Shown: positions 43,020 through 52,732, counted from the stretch's first letter. The stretch is 60,942 nt of DNA from Pirellulales bacterium (GCA_040901705.1 JBBDYI010000377.1:1-60942), one strand, 5' to 3'. The notes: a model not told the origin generated them from the sequence alone. Program-made: numbers and translations.

Positions 43020-44042
43020 TCACGCCGAATGCTGGTGGGCGACAGCCGCCTCCGCGGACGCTGACGCCCGTTCGGGCTGAACGCTCGCCGAGAATTCCTC
43101 CGGCGTTTCAGCGTTCTCGCGAGACATTTCCTGCCGCCGCCGCAGCCACGACGCCGCGATGGTCAACGCCAAGATGCCGACGATCGCTCCCAGCGACGCC
43201 GCCGTCGGCACTTTGTAGACATCGGTCAGCAGCATTTTTCCGCCGACGAACATCAAGATTGCCGACAGACCGTAGTGCAGATAATGGAACATCTGAATCA
43301 GCCCGCCGACGGCGAAGTACATCGACCGCAGGCCAAGAATCGCCAGCGCGTTCGACGTGAACACGATGAACGCATCTTGCGTGATTGCGAGGATGGCGGG
43401 AATCGAATCGACGGCGAAGATCAGGTCGCTGATCTCGACGAAAACCAACACGACGAACAGCGGCGTGGCCATCAGTTTGCCGCCGCGGCGAAGAAAGAAT
43501 TTGTCGCCGCCGTAGTCGTGCGCCACGGGTACGAAGCGGCGAAACAAGCGGATCACCGGGTTTTTGTCCGGGTCGAGTTCCTTTCCCTTGATCCAAATCA
43601 TCTTCACGCCGGTCGCTACGAGCAGCCCGCCGAACACGTAAATCATCCAGTGAAACCGCTGGATCAGCTCGACGCCGGCGAAGATGAACGCGGCCCGCAT
43701 CACCAGCGCGCCGAGTATCCCCCAGAACAACACCTTGTGCTGGTATTTTCCCGGCACCTGAAAGTATGAAAACACCATCACGAACACGAAGATGTTATCG
43801 ACGGCCAGCGATTTTTCGATCAGGTAGCCGGTGAGGAATTCGAGCGCCACCTGCTCGCCGTGACAGTAATAGACAATGCCGTTGAATGCAAAGGCCAGCG
43901 CGACCCACACGCCGCTCCAAGTGAGCGCCTCGCGAAACGACACGGCGTGCGCCTGGCGGTGAAACACACCCAAATCGAGCGCCAGCATCCCTAACAAGAA
44001 CGCATTGAAGCCAAACCACCACCACAGCGAATGATCCACCAT
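43020..44042 (-). CDS. TerC/Alx family membrane protein
   Basis: LALDLG, GYLIEKSLAVDNIFVF, DLIFAVDSIPAI, ILGLRSMYF. Confidence 0.93.
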   Translation of the reverse strand: MVDHSLWWWFGFNAFLLGMLALDLGVFHRQAHAVSFREALTWSGVWVALAFAFNGIVYYCHGEQVALEFLTGYLIEKSLAVDNIFVFVMVFSYFQVPGKYQHKVLFWGILGALVMRAAFIFAGVELIQRFHWMIYVFGGLLVATGVKMIWIKGKELDPDKNPVIRLFRRFVPVAHDYGGDKFFLRRGGKLMATPLFVVLVFVEISDLIFAVDSIPAILAITQDAFIVFTSNALAILGLRSMYFAVGGLIQMFHYLHYGLSAILMFVGGKMLLTDVYKVPTAASLGAIVGILALTIAASWLRRRQEMSRENAETPEEFSASVQPERASASAEAAVAHQHSA

Positions 44043-44165
44043 CGATTCCTACTTCAATGAGCGGCTACGGAACACCGTGAAACTCGGAGCCGTGAAACGC
44101 GAAGCGAAGAAACGGGTTTCCCCGCAGCACTCAGCAAGACGCGAAACCGCGCCCGGCGCGAACGG

Positions 44166-44441
44166 CTAATCGAAGTGGAACAGGTTGCTCCAAAACGACT
44201 CGCGTCGTTTTCCGGCGGGACGCGGCAATTGCGAACGCCCGCGGGCGTTGTCGCCGCCCTGCGGTCCCAAATCGTCGTCATCGTCGTCGTCGATGAAGTA
44301 GTGCGTCGCGTTGGCGCGCTCGAGTATCTTGTCGAGTTCTCCGCGGTCGAGCCACACGCCGCGGCACTTCGGACAGATGTCGATCTCGATGGCCTGCCGA
44401 TTGGAGATGCGCAGTTCGACGACGCAGCGTGGGCATTTCAT
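44166..44441 (-). CDS. zf-TFIIB-type Zn-ribbon protein
   Basis: MKCPRC...EIDICPKCRGVWLDRGELDK; ATGA overlap with the upstream gene. Confidence 0.88.
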   Translation of the reverse strand: MKCPRCVVELRISNRQAIEIDICPKCRGVWLDRGELDKILERANATHYFIDDDDDDDLGPQGGDNARGRSQLPRPAGKRRESFWSNLFHFD

Positions 44442-44878
44442 GGAATATCTCCCAATTGATAGTAGTGGGTCGCATCAGCCACAGACGCCGGCGCCGCCGA
44501 ACGGTCGGCCGCCGGCACGTCGCTCTGGAGCGTCTGCGAAAGGTCGCCGGCCATCGACACTCGCCCTTTGCGGCGTCCGCCGATGCGGCCCAGCCCGCGC
44601 GAAATCAATCGCGCCGCCCGGTCGATCGCCGCGCCGACCGCGACGTCGAACGTTCGCCCGTCTCCCTTGGCTACGACGTCGCCGAGCGGGGCCACGCGGA
44701 CGAGCACGCGGCAGGTTTTGTCGACCCCGCTCCGCTCGGCGTTTTCGTCCTGAGCCACCACGGAAACGTGGCGCACCCGCTCGCGGTACTGCGACAGGGC
44801 GAATTCGACGCGGCGAACCAACCGGCTCCGCTGGCCGGCGGACAAGCGCACGTTACGGCAACGAATGCTGATTCTCAT
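44438..44878 (-). CDS. HPF/RaiA-family ribosome-associated protein
   Basis: RRVEFALSQY...V..DEN..RSGVDKTCRV...AIDRA; GGAGG RBS. Confidence 0.8.
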   Translation of the reverse strand: MRISIRCRNVRLSAGQRSRLVRRVEFALSQYRERVRHVSVVAQDENAERSGVDKTCRVLVRVAPLGDVVAKGDGRTFDVAVGAAIDRAARLISRGLGRIGGRRKGRVSMAGDLSQTLQSDVPAADRSAAPASVADATHYYQLGDIP

Positions 44879-44984
44879 GTCTTGAACCTCCGCAGGGAAA
44901 CGACAAACGGCGATGCGACTGGCTTACGTAAGTAGATTACGGCAACGGCGACTCATTGACTAAGCGGATTTTGCCATGTTGATC

Positions 44985-45001
44985 CATCGCATTTTCCGAT
45001 G
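44985..45001. promoter_or_regulatory. LysR (T-N11-A) box
   Basis: CATCG-N7-CGATG palindrome between divergent nhaR and the HPF operon. Confidence 0.6.
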
Positions 45002-45077
45002 TATGCTTGCATGTCGGCTGTCGCCCTTTACCGAACGGTCCGCCGCGCTCGCGGAAATCGACTTGCGGAAGTCCGCC

Positions 45078-45977
45078 ATGCGCTGGATGAACTATCATCA
45101 CCTGCTCTACTTCTGGACCGTCGCCCGCGAGGGGACGATCGCCCGCGCGTGCGAAAAGCTGCTCGTTTCGCAGCCGACGATCAGCGGCCAGCTCAAATTG
45201 CTCGAACAAGCCGTAGGCCGGCCGCTGTTCGACCGTTCGCGACGCACGCTCGCGCTGACCGACATGGGACAAACGGTGTTCCGCTACGCCGAGGAGATTT
45301 TTTCGCTCGGCCGCGAGTTGGAAGACGTCGTCCGCGACCGGCCGGTCGATCGTCCGTTGCGGCTGAATGTCGGCGCGACCGACGCGCTGGCCAAGCCGAT
45401 CGTTCGACGGCTGCTCGAACCGGCGTTCGGCCTGGCCCAGCCCGTTCATATCGTCTGCCAGGAAGGCAAGCCGGAGCCGCTGCTAGCGCAACTCGCGATG
45501 CACGAATTCGACGTCGTGCTCTCCGACGTTCCGTCCGCGCCAGGCGCGCGGCTGAAGGTTTACAACCACCAATTGGGCGAATGCGGCATTTCGTTCTTCG
45601 CCGCGGCGCAACTGGCGACCAAGCATAGAAAGCGGTTCCCCGCCTCGCTCGACGGAGCGCCGCTGCTGCTGCCGATGCCCAACGCGAACTTACGCCGCTC
45701 GCTCGATCAATGGTTCGACGAGCGCGGCATCCGCCCCGAGATTCGCGGCGAGTTCGACGACACGGCGCTGACAAAGGAATTCGGCCACGCCGCGGCGGGC
45801 ATCTTCGCCGCGCCGACGGTCATCGAAAACGAAATCCGTCGCCAATACAACGTCCGCCTCGTCGGCCGCACCGACGAGATCCGCGAACGATTCTACGCCA
45901 TCTCGGTCGAACGTAAACTGAAACACCCGGCGGTGGTGGCCATCTGCCAGGCGGCGCGAGAAAGGCTGTTTGGCTGA
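45078..45977 (+). CDS. nhaR: LysR-family activator NhaR
   Basis: MRWMNYHHLLYFWTVAREG, SQPTISGQL, ISVERKLKHPAV. Confidence 0.9.
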   Translation: MRWMNYHHLLYFWTVAREGTIARACEKLLVSQPTISGQLKLLEQAVGRPLFDRSRRTLALTDMGQTVFRYAEEIFSLGRELEDVVRDRPVDRPLRLNVGATDALAKPIVRRLLEPAFGLAQPVHIVCQEGKPEPLLAQLAMHEFDVVLSDVPSAPGARLKVYNHQLGECGISFFAAAQLATKHRKRFPASLDGAPLLLPMPNANLRRSLDQWFDERGIRPEIRGEFDDTALTKEFGHAAAGIFAAPTVIENEIRRQYNVRLVGRTDEIRERFYAISVERKLKHPAVVAICQAARERLFG

Positions 45978-46070
45978 CGTGGAATCGGGACGGAGTCAAC
46001 GCCGTGCGGCTCGTCAGTAGTGCCCGGATTTGGTGTAATGGCGTACGCTGACCTTGCTCGCGAGACCTGA

Positions 46071-46189
46071 GAGGTTGTGAATGAATGTAGGGTGCTCTGT
46101 GAGCACCACAAAGCGTTGTGCCAAGGTGCTCACAGAGCACCCTACAGGTTGCGGTCGGACTTGTTCGTGTTCGATTCTTTCACAACCTC
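46071..46189. mobile_element. 119-bp MITE containing REP type B doublet (copy 1)
   Basis: TIR GAGGTTGTGAA(T/A)GAAT; TGA on both flanks; internal REP arms at 46087-46107 and 46125-46145. Confidence 0.8.
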
Positions 46190-46296
46190 TGAGAATCCGA
46201 CGAAGTCGCCAGCGTCTCCGAATTGAGCTAGATTTGATCGACGGTCGGCTGTATTAGTGCAAGAACACACGGACACCTCCACCGCTGGACTCCATC

Positions 46297-48387
46297 ATGA
46301 CTTCCGCACGACCTTTCTTCACGACCGCTTTGTTTGCCATGACGCTTTCATCGACTGCCCTGCTCGCCCCCGCCGATGCCGACGAGGGCATGTGGCTGTT
46401 CAACGACCCGCCGCGGGCTTTGCTCAAGGAGCGGTATGGCTTCGAGCCGACCGACGAGTGGCTCACCCATTTGCAGCGGGCGTCGGTGCGGTTCAACAGC
46501 GGCGGTTCCGGTTCGTTCGTTTCCAGCAACGGCCTGGTGATGACCAATCATCACGTGGCGGCCGACTCGCTGCAAAAAATGTCGACCAAAGAGCACGACC
46601 TGCTGACCGAAGGCTTTTACGCCCCCACGCGCGAGAATGAAAAGCCATGCGTCGATTTGGAACTCAACGTGCTGATGGAAATCGTCGACGTCACCGAGCA
46701 AGTCAATGCGGCGGTGAAGCCCGGCATGGCGGCGGCGGACGCTTTCGCGGCCCGACGGGCGGTGATGAGCACGATCGAGAAGGAGTCGCTCGACAAGACC
46801 GGCCTGCGCAGCGACGTGGTCACACTCTACCAAGGCGGGCGGTATCACCTGTATCGCTTCAAGAAGTATACCGACGTGCGGCTCGTATTCGCGCCGGAGC
46901 AGGACATCGCGTTCTTCGGCGGCGACCCAGACAATTTCGAATACCCGCGGTACGACATGGATATTTCGTTCTTCCGCGCTTACGAAAATGGCAAGCCGGC
47001 CAAGATCGAGCATTTTCTAAAGTGGAGCAAGGCCGGGGCGAAGGAGGGCGAGCTGACGTTCGTCTCTGGGCATCCGGGCCGCACGAATCGGCTGAACACG
47101 GTCGCGCATCTCGAATTCCTTCGCGACGAAACGTACCCCTGGATTCTACAAGTGCTGCGTCGCCGCGAAGTGCTGCTTAGTACGTTTAGCGAGCGGAGCC
47201 TGGAAAACGCCCGGCGGGCGAAGGACGAACTGTTCGGCGTGGCCAACAGCCGCAAGGCGCGGATCGGCGGCCTCGACGGTTTGCAAGACCCGGCAATCAT
47301 GAGTAAGAAGCGGGCCGAGGAGCGGGCGCTGCGCGACGCGGTGGCGGCGAATCCAAAGCTTGCGAAGGAGGCTGGCTCGGCGTGGGACGAGATCGACAAG
47401 ACGATTGCCATCCACCGCGAGATCGGCCGGGATCACGCGCTTTTGGAACGTGGCCATGCGTTTTATAGTCACCTGTTCGGCATCGCGCGGACGTTGGTGC
47501 GGTTGGCCGACGAATCGGAAAAGCCGAACGCCGAGCGGCTGCGCGAGTATTCCGACTCCGCGCGCGAATCGCTCGAGCAGGAATTGTTCTCCGAAGCGCC
47601 GATTTACGCCGACATGGAAACGCTCACGCTCGGCGATTCACTGTCGATGCTGATGGAAACGCTCGGCGCGGAGCATCCGCTGGTCCGCGGCGTGCTGGCC
47701 GGGAAGTCGCCGAAGGAACGGGCGGCGGAATTGGTGGCCGGTTCGAAGCTGGCCGACGTCGCGGTGCGGAAGCGATTGGCCGAGGGCGGGAAGAAGGCGA
47801 TCGACGCCTCGGACGATCCGATGATCGCGCTGGCGAAGCTGGTCGATCCGGCGGCGCGGGCCGTGCGCAAGCGTCTCGAAGAAGAAATCGACGAGCCGCA
47901 GCGGCAGGCCTACGCCAAGATCACCAACGCCAAGTTCGCGATTGCCGGCACGAGCGTCTATCCCGATGCCACGTTTACGCTCCGCCTCGCCTTCGGACCG
48001 GTCCGCGGTTACGAAGAAGCGGGCAAGCAGATTCCGCCCTGGACGACGATTGCCGGGGCCTACGAACATTCCGCCGAACACAATCACGAGCCGCCATTCA
48101 AGCTGCCGCAACGGTGGATCGACAAGAAGGACAAGATCAAGCTCGACACGCCGCTGAATTTCGTCAACACGGCCGACATCATCGGCGGCAACAGCGGCAG
48201 CCCCGTGGTGAACCGCGACGGCGAGCTGGTCGGCATCATTTTCGACGGCAACATCCAATCGTTGGTGCTCGATTTCGTCTACAGCGACAAGATCGCCCGC
48301 GCGGTGTCGGTCCATTCGGCCGGCATCATGGAATCGCTGCGGAGTGTATACGGCGTCGAAAAACTGGCCGACGAAATCGGGCGGTAA
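46297..48387 (+). CDS. S46 family dipeptidyl peptidase (DPP7/DPP11-like)
   Basis: Signal peptide then DEGMW; TNHHV; GGDPDNFEYPR; DIIGGNSGSP. Confidence 0.95.
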   Translation: MTSARPFFTTALFAMTLSSTALLAPADADEGMWLFNDPPRALLKERYGFEPTDEWLTHLQRASVRFNSGGSGSFVSSNGLVMTNHHVAADSLQKMSTKEHDLLTEGFYAPTRENEKPCVDLELNVLMEIVDVTEQVNAAVKPGMAAADAFAARRAVMSTIEKESLDKTGLRSDVVTLYQGGRYHLYRFKKYTDVRLVFAPEQDIAFFGGDPDNFEYPRYDMDISFFRAYENGKPAKIEHFLKWSKAGAKEGELTFVSGHPGRTNRLNTVAHLEFLRDETYPWILQVLRRREVLLSTFSERSLENARRAKDELFGVANSRKARIGGLDGLQDPAIMSKKRAEERALRDAVAANPKLAKEAGSAWDEIDKTIAIHREIGRDHALLERGHAFYSHLFGIARTLVRLADESEKPNAERLREYSDSARESLEQELFSEAPIYADMETLTLGDSLSMLMETLGAEHPLVRGVLAGKSPKERAAELVAGSKLADVAVRKRLAEGGKKAIDASDDPMIALAKLVDPAARAVRKRLEEEIDEPQRQAYAKITNAKFAIAGTSVYPDATFTLRLAFGPVRGYEEAGKQIPPWTTIAGAYEHSAEHNHEPPFKLPQRWIDKKDKIKLDTPLNFVNTADIIGGNSGSPVVNRDGELVGIIFDGNIQSLVLDFVYSDKIARAVSVHSAGIMESLRSVYGVEKLADEIGR

Positions 48388-48449
48388 GGCTCGGCCAATG
48401 AGGTGAAACGCCCGGTTTAGCGGCGCATTATTCGGGCATTTGCGGCCCT

Positions 48450-48477
48450 TTGACACGTCGTGCGCACGACTTACAAT
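48450..48477 (+). promoter_or_regulatory. sigma70 promoter for tRNA-Ile
   Basis: TTGACA-N16-TACAAT; spacer contains the palindrome GTCGTGCGCACGAC. Confidence 0.7.
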
Positions 48478-48634
48478 ATCACGGCTGCGAACCGGCGGTT
48501 CGGCCGGTGCGTCTGCTCCGACGCGAGGTGAAAGCCGCCACGATGCTGTATTGCCAGCCGGCCGGAAAAACGGCGGGCCACGCATCGGCGGCCGATGCAG
48601 GAACAGACCAAAAATGCCGAAGTGAAATCGCGAC

Positions 48635-48708
48635 GGGCGCGTAGCTCAGTTGGTTAGAGCGCCACCCTGATAAGGTGGAGGTCCCAGATTCGAGTTCTGG
48701 CGCGCCCA
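48635..48708 (+). tRNA. tRNA-Ile(GAT)
   Basis: Cloverleaf: GGGCGCG/CGCGCCC, D arm GCTC/GAGC, anticodon CCACC-CTGATAA-GGTGG, T arm CCAGA-TTCGAGT-TCTGG; CCA not encoded. Confidence 0.95.
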
Positions 48709-48907
48709 TTAGATGGAGTTGGTTAACCGGCCCGACGGTGCGGTTGGCTGCAACGGTCGAGAGCGAATAACGACAGTCGGGAGCGAATGACTACTCCGCC
48801 GCGTCTGTCCGGCGGTGAAGAATCGCGGCGATGGTTTTCCAGTGGTGGTCCACGATGATCGACGACAGGGACTCGCGTGCTTAACGGCAAGACCATTGGC
48901 ATCACGC

Positions 48908-49123
48908 CTACGCGTATATGAACGGTGCGACGCCCGACGCGGCGAAGACCGCCAACAGCGCGGCGATGCCCAGCACGATCAGAATCGGCAACAGCCACCA
49001 CTTCTTGCTGTGGGCGAGGAAGTACAGGAATTCGGCGATCAGCGACGGCCGATCCTCTTCCGACGCCTGCTCGAACGCATCGCGCTGGCCGGCCGGTTCG
49101 CGGTTTTTGTCTCGTCGGGCCAT
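48908..49123 (-). CDS. DUF5989 (SxtK-like) small membrane protein
   Basis: EFLYFLAHSKKWWLLPI...APFIY. Confidence 0.8.
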   Translation of the reverse strand: MARRDKNREPAGQRDAFEQASEEDRPSLIAEFLYFLAHSKKWWLLPILIVLGIAALLAVFAASGVAPFIYA

Positions 49124-49197
49124 CTTGAATCGGTGTCGTGAGAATTGGTCGTGAAATGTTGTCGGCGATTCCGGCGCTCGCTGGCCGGTGCGGGTGC

Positions 49198-49623
49198 TTA
49201 CGACTGGCGAAAATAGCTGGTCGCGTCGCGCGGCGGTGCTTTGGGACGCCAGTAGCTTGCCGCCGAGCGGTCGAACTTGCGGTCGAGTGCGTCGCGGCCG
49301 ATCAACCGAAACAACAGCGCCACCGGCGTGAACACAAGAAAGTATATCACGGCCAACAAGATTTCGCCCACAACCAGCCCAATCGGCAGCGTCAAGAGCG
49401 ACGCCGCAACGAACACCGGCCGCAACGCGCGCGGCGCAACGAACGACAGCGCGACCAGCACGCCGCCCAACGCGGCCAGTCCGCCGATTTGCCGCGTATG
49501 CCACGGCGACCAGGCATCGCCCAACGGGCGTCCGGCAAACAACCACGCGGCCAACGGCATCAGCACCAGGCCGGCGGCGGCGAATTGACGAAGCTGTCTC
49601 GGCGATGGGTCGCGGTTGAGCAT
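49198..49623 (-). CDS. SxtJ-family membrane protein
   Basis: RQLRQF, PIGLVV..LAVIYFLVFTP..GRDAL..SYW..YFRQ. Confidence 0.82.
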   Translation of the reverse strand: MLNRDPSPRQLRQFAAAGLVLMPLAAWLFAGRPLGDAWSPWHTRQIGGLAALGGVLVALSFVAPRALRPVFVAASLLTLPIGLVVGEILLAVIYFLVFTPVALLFRLIGRDALDRKFDRSAASYWRPKAPPRDATSYFRQS

Positions 49624-49730
49624 GTGTTCGAAATCGAATCCGAATCGCGGCGACTCGAACGAGCCGCTAGCCGCGCAGAGGACAAGCCGACGGCGCGAAT
49701 CAAATCATCATAGCACCGAATTTCGGGCGA

Positions 49731-49790
49731 CGGCGCCTCGCGCTACGGTGCCTCGCGCTACGGTGACGCACGCTACGGTGACGCACGAAA
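49731..49790. repeat. Four 15-bp tandem units overlapping a stop codon
   Basis: CGGCGCCTCGCGCTA / CGGTGCCTCGCGCTA / CGGTGACGCACGCTA / CGGTGACGCACGAAA. Confidence 0.75.
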
Positions 49791-50615
49791 CGTCAGCGAC
49801 GTAAACTCCCGCACCCGCCCGGTGATCGCCGGCTCGACGGGCAGCCGCTCCATGCTGCTCGCCCCATAAAACCCGACGATCCCCTCGGTGTGATCGAGAA
49901 TGTACTGCGCATCGGCCGGCTCGGCGATCGGCCCGCCATGACACAATACGAGCACGTCCTTCTTCACTCGCATCGCCGCGTCGTGCATCGCCTGCACCCG
50001 CTTGGCCGATTCTTCGAGCGTCACGGCCGTCTGCGCCCCGATCGTCCCCTTGGTCGTCAGGCCCATGTGCGGAATCAAAATGTCCGCCCCGGCTGCGGCC
50101 ATTGCCTCCGCGTCGTCGGTGTTGAACACATACGGCGTGGTGAGCAGATTCATCTCGCTGGCCGTGCGGATCATGTCGACCTCGAGGCCGAAGCCCATGT
50201 CGGTCTCTTCGAGATTCTGGCGAAACTGCCCGTCGATCAAACCCACGGTGGGAAAATTCTGCACGCCGGAAAATCCCGCTGCGTCGATCTCCTTCAAAAA
50301 CAGCTTCATCAGCCGAAACGGATCGGTCCCGCACACCCCGGCCAGCACCGGGGTGCGCGGCACGACCGGAATCACCTCGCGGGCCATGTCCAACACGATC
50401 GCATTCGCATCCCCATACGGCATCAACCCCGACAGCGACCCGCGGCCGGCCATGCGGAAGCGGCCGGAGTTGTAAATCACGAGCAAATCGATCCCGCCGG
50501 CCTCGGAAAGCTTCGCGCTGATTCCGGTGCCCGCGCCACCACCAACAATCGGCTGCCCAGCGGTAACCTTGGCACGAAGGCGGGCGAGAATGTCTTGACG
50601 AGAGAATAGTGCCAT
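49773..50615 (-). CDS. TIM-barrel PEP-hydrolase-like (Tm-1 C-terminal-like) protein
   Basis: [49 protein letters not shown]. Confidence 0.9.
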   Translation of the reverse strand: MALFSRQDILARLRAKVTAGQPIVGGGAGTGISAKLSEAGGIDLLVIYNSGRFRMAGRGSLSGLMPYGDANAIVLDMAREVIPVVPRTPVLAGVCGTDPFRLMKLFLKEIDAAGFSGVQNFPTVGLIDGQFRQNLEETDMGFGLEVDMIRTASEMNLLTTPYVFNTDDAEAMAAAGADILIPHMGLTTKGTIGAQTAVTLEESAKRVQAMHDAAMRVKKDVLVLCHGGPIAEPADAQYILDHTEGIVGFYGASSMERLPVEPAITGRVREFTSLTFRASP

Positions 50616-50643
50616 GTGCAAAGGCCCGAAGCCAAAAGTTCAT

Positions 50644-50719
50644 GTAGGGTGCTCTGTGAGCACCTTTGATTCGATGGTGCAATCACGTTCAAACGTTAGG
50701 TGCTCACAGAGCACCCTAC
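50644..50719. repeat. Free REP type B doublet (REPIN)
   Basis: GTAGGGTGCTCTGTGAGCACC ... GGTGCTCACAGAGCACCCTAC with its own spacer and no MITE TIRs. Confidence 0.85.
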
Positions 50720-50762
50720 CAAGCCCCCAGTATCTTGTCGATCATGCCGTCCAGCGTGCCTC

Positions 50763-51572
50763 CTAAACGTCCCATTCTTTCTCGTATCCCAACGTCGATC
50801 GACGTATCACCCACCCGCACGAAACTTCCTCCCGCTCGTCGAGCGTGCGCGGGTCGATACTCCACTTGCCCGCGACTTCCATCACGTGATCCTCGCTCGG
50901 CGACGTGAGATCGTCCCGCTCCCAGTACTCCTCCGAACTTGCCTCGGGCGAAGATTCGTCAAAGTATTGATATCCCAGGGCGATTTCACCGGGCGTCCGT
51001 TCGCCGTGATTGCGGTCTGTCGAACCACTTTCCCCGAGGTATTCGTAGCCTCGCAATTCCTGGCCATTCCTGAACAGATACCAAGCGTGGGCGTCGACGA
51101 TACGATGCGTATGAAAATACTGCGATTCGCCGAACTGTCGTGATAGTTCTTCGGCAAATACGAACGGGTCGTCACCCGTCGCAATCGTCCCCCAAGGCGC
51201 GATAATAAACACCCAACCATCCACGACAGGCGTTACGAACTCAAGCCCCTGGCGAGCCGCCTCGTTCCCACTCGCCCAGTTAGCTCGAAATACTTCGGCG
51301 TCGACGAAAACTCGAACGATGTCTTCCGCATTGCCTGAGCGCACCGCGATCCAAGACGTCTTGTAACCGAAGAACTGTGGCCGGTCCGGCGTCGCATCGA
51401 GCGGCGGCAGCGGCGCGACTTCCTCGACATTGTTCTCATTAAGTGCGTCGTCCGCCGCAAGCAACTCCCGCCGCCAGTTTCTGCGAAGGAATACAATCAA
51501 AGCACACCCGATCGACACAAACACCACGAGCATGACAACAGCGGCAAAATCCGCGATATGTTCCATTGCCAT
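50763..51572 (-). CDS. Hypothetical protein with N-terminal membrane anchor
   Basis: TM helix, then acidic globular domain (FGYKTSWIAVR...QYFHTHRIVDAHAW...WSIDP). Confidence 0.7.
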   Translation of the reverse strand: MAMEHIADFAAVVMLVVFVSIGCALIVFLRRNWRRELLAADDALNENNVEEVAPLPPLDATPDRPQFFGYKTSWIAVRSGNAEDIVRVFVDAEVFRANWASGNEAARQGLEFVTPVVDGWVFIIAPWGTIATGDDPFVFAEELSRQFGESQYFHTHRIVDAHAWYLFRNGQELRGYEYLGESGSTDRNHGERTPGEIALGYQYFDESSPEASSEEYWERDDLTSPSEDHVMEVAGKWSIDPRTLDEREEVSCGWVIRRSTLGYEKEWDV

Positions 51573-51654
51573 CGCGCCAAAATGAGAACTGGTTTTCCGG
51601 CCGAGTATTACCCCAATATCATCAAATCAGGCTCCGTCGATTCAATAGGCGAAG

Positions 51655-52569
51655 TCATCGCTCCTCCGCCCGTCGCTTCAAATTCGAGAACACAAACTCG
51701 TGCTCCGACTCGACGCCCCATCGCTCTAGCGGACGCCAATACCAGCGTGGATACAGCCGCGTGCCGATCGCCGTATGACGCACCACGCGCGTCTGGCTTC
51801 CTTCGCTCCGCAACTCATAGCTGGCGTCGATGAACGTCAGCCAGCGGCGGCCCGGCAGTGTGTTCTCCGTGATTCGCAAGCCCATATACGACGGACGCCG
51901 CCATGCGGTAACTTCCTGCGCGATGATGCCGTCGTCGAAGTAACAGACGCGCCGTCCGCCGACCGCCGCCCGATCCAATTCGCAACGCCGCGCGACGGGC
52001 AACCCCACGCGCAGCAAGAACGGATGAGGACCATCAAGCGTCGGCATGTGTGCGACCAGATCCCAAGTCTCTTCCAACGGAGCGTCGACAGTCGTCTCGG
52101 TCGTGACATCTTCGCGCTGCTCGACCGAACGAAACGGCCGCTCGACCCGATCCGCGGCCGCGATCAATAGCGGGCAGCATAGCAGCAGCAACGCCGTCTT
52201 TCGACCGGACGAGGTCATGCGGTCGATGAACCGCCCGCGGAGCAGATAACCCAGAAGCGCGCCACTCGCAACACCCGTCGCCACGAGCGGCAGCGCCATC
52301 AAACAGCAAAGTATCCCTTCGCCGCCGGTGAAAACCAGCACCGAGAAATTGATGAACAACCCGGCCGTACAGCAAGCCGCCACGCGATTCGCCCGCCGCA
52401 CGATCGCGGCCACCGCGAAACCGGAAACGAACGGCACGATCAAGAAAATCACCCAGCCAAACTCGGAACCGTCTCCGACGACGAGCAGGAACCCGACAAG
52501 TTGGAGCAGCACGCCGACGACCGTTCCGACGCACACGCCCACATTGAAGTTGTTGCTTTCAGAGTCCAT
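51655..52569 (-). CDS. Membrane protein with C-terminal SRPBCC-like domain
   Basis: Several TM helices, EGILCCLMALP, then VTTETTVDAPLEETW...GGRRVCYF...LYPRWYW. Confidence 0.72.
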   Translation of the reverse strand: MDSESNNFNVGVCVGTVVGVLLQLVGFLLVVGDGSEFGWVIFLIVPFVSGFAVAAIVRRANRVAACCTAGLFINFSVLVFTGGEGILCCLMALPLVATGVASGALLGYLLRGRFIDRMTSSGRKTALLLLCCPLLIAAADRVERPFRSVEQREDVTTETTVDAPLEETWDLVAHMPTLDGPHPFLLRVGLPVARRCELDRAAVGGRRVCYFDDGIIAQEVTAWRRPSYMGLRITENTLPGRRWLTFIDASYELRSEGSQTRVVRHTAIGTRLYPRWYWRPLERWGVESEHEFVFSNLKRRAEER

Positions 52570-52732
52570 GATGTGAAATTCGTCTCGTGAAAGTTTCGGA
52601 GCACGGCAAGTCAGCCAGATAATGGACCGCGGCAACGGCGCAAACATAACCGCTGCACCTCAATACCAGCGTGGATACAGCCGCGTGCCGATTGGCAATG
52701 AGGATCGCCTCGCGGGACGGGCGAACAAATGG

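Noticed and set aside
48709-48907. Integrated element or rRNA downstream of the tRNA
   Set aside because: No integrase, no duplicated tRNA 3' end noticed, no rRNA signature.
50763-52660. Integron cassettes (GTTATGT-like site near 52644-52650)
   Set aside because: No matching RYYYAAC/attC hairpins after the genes and no integrase.
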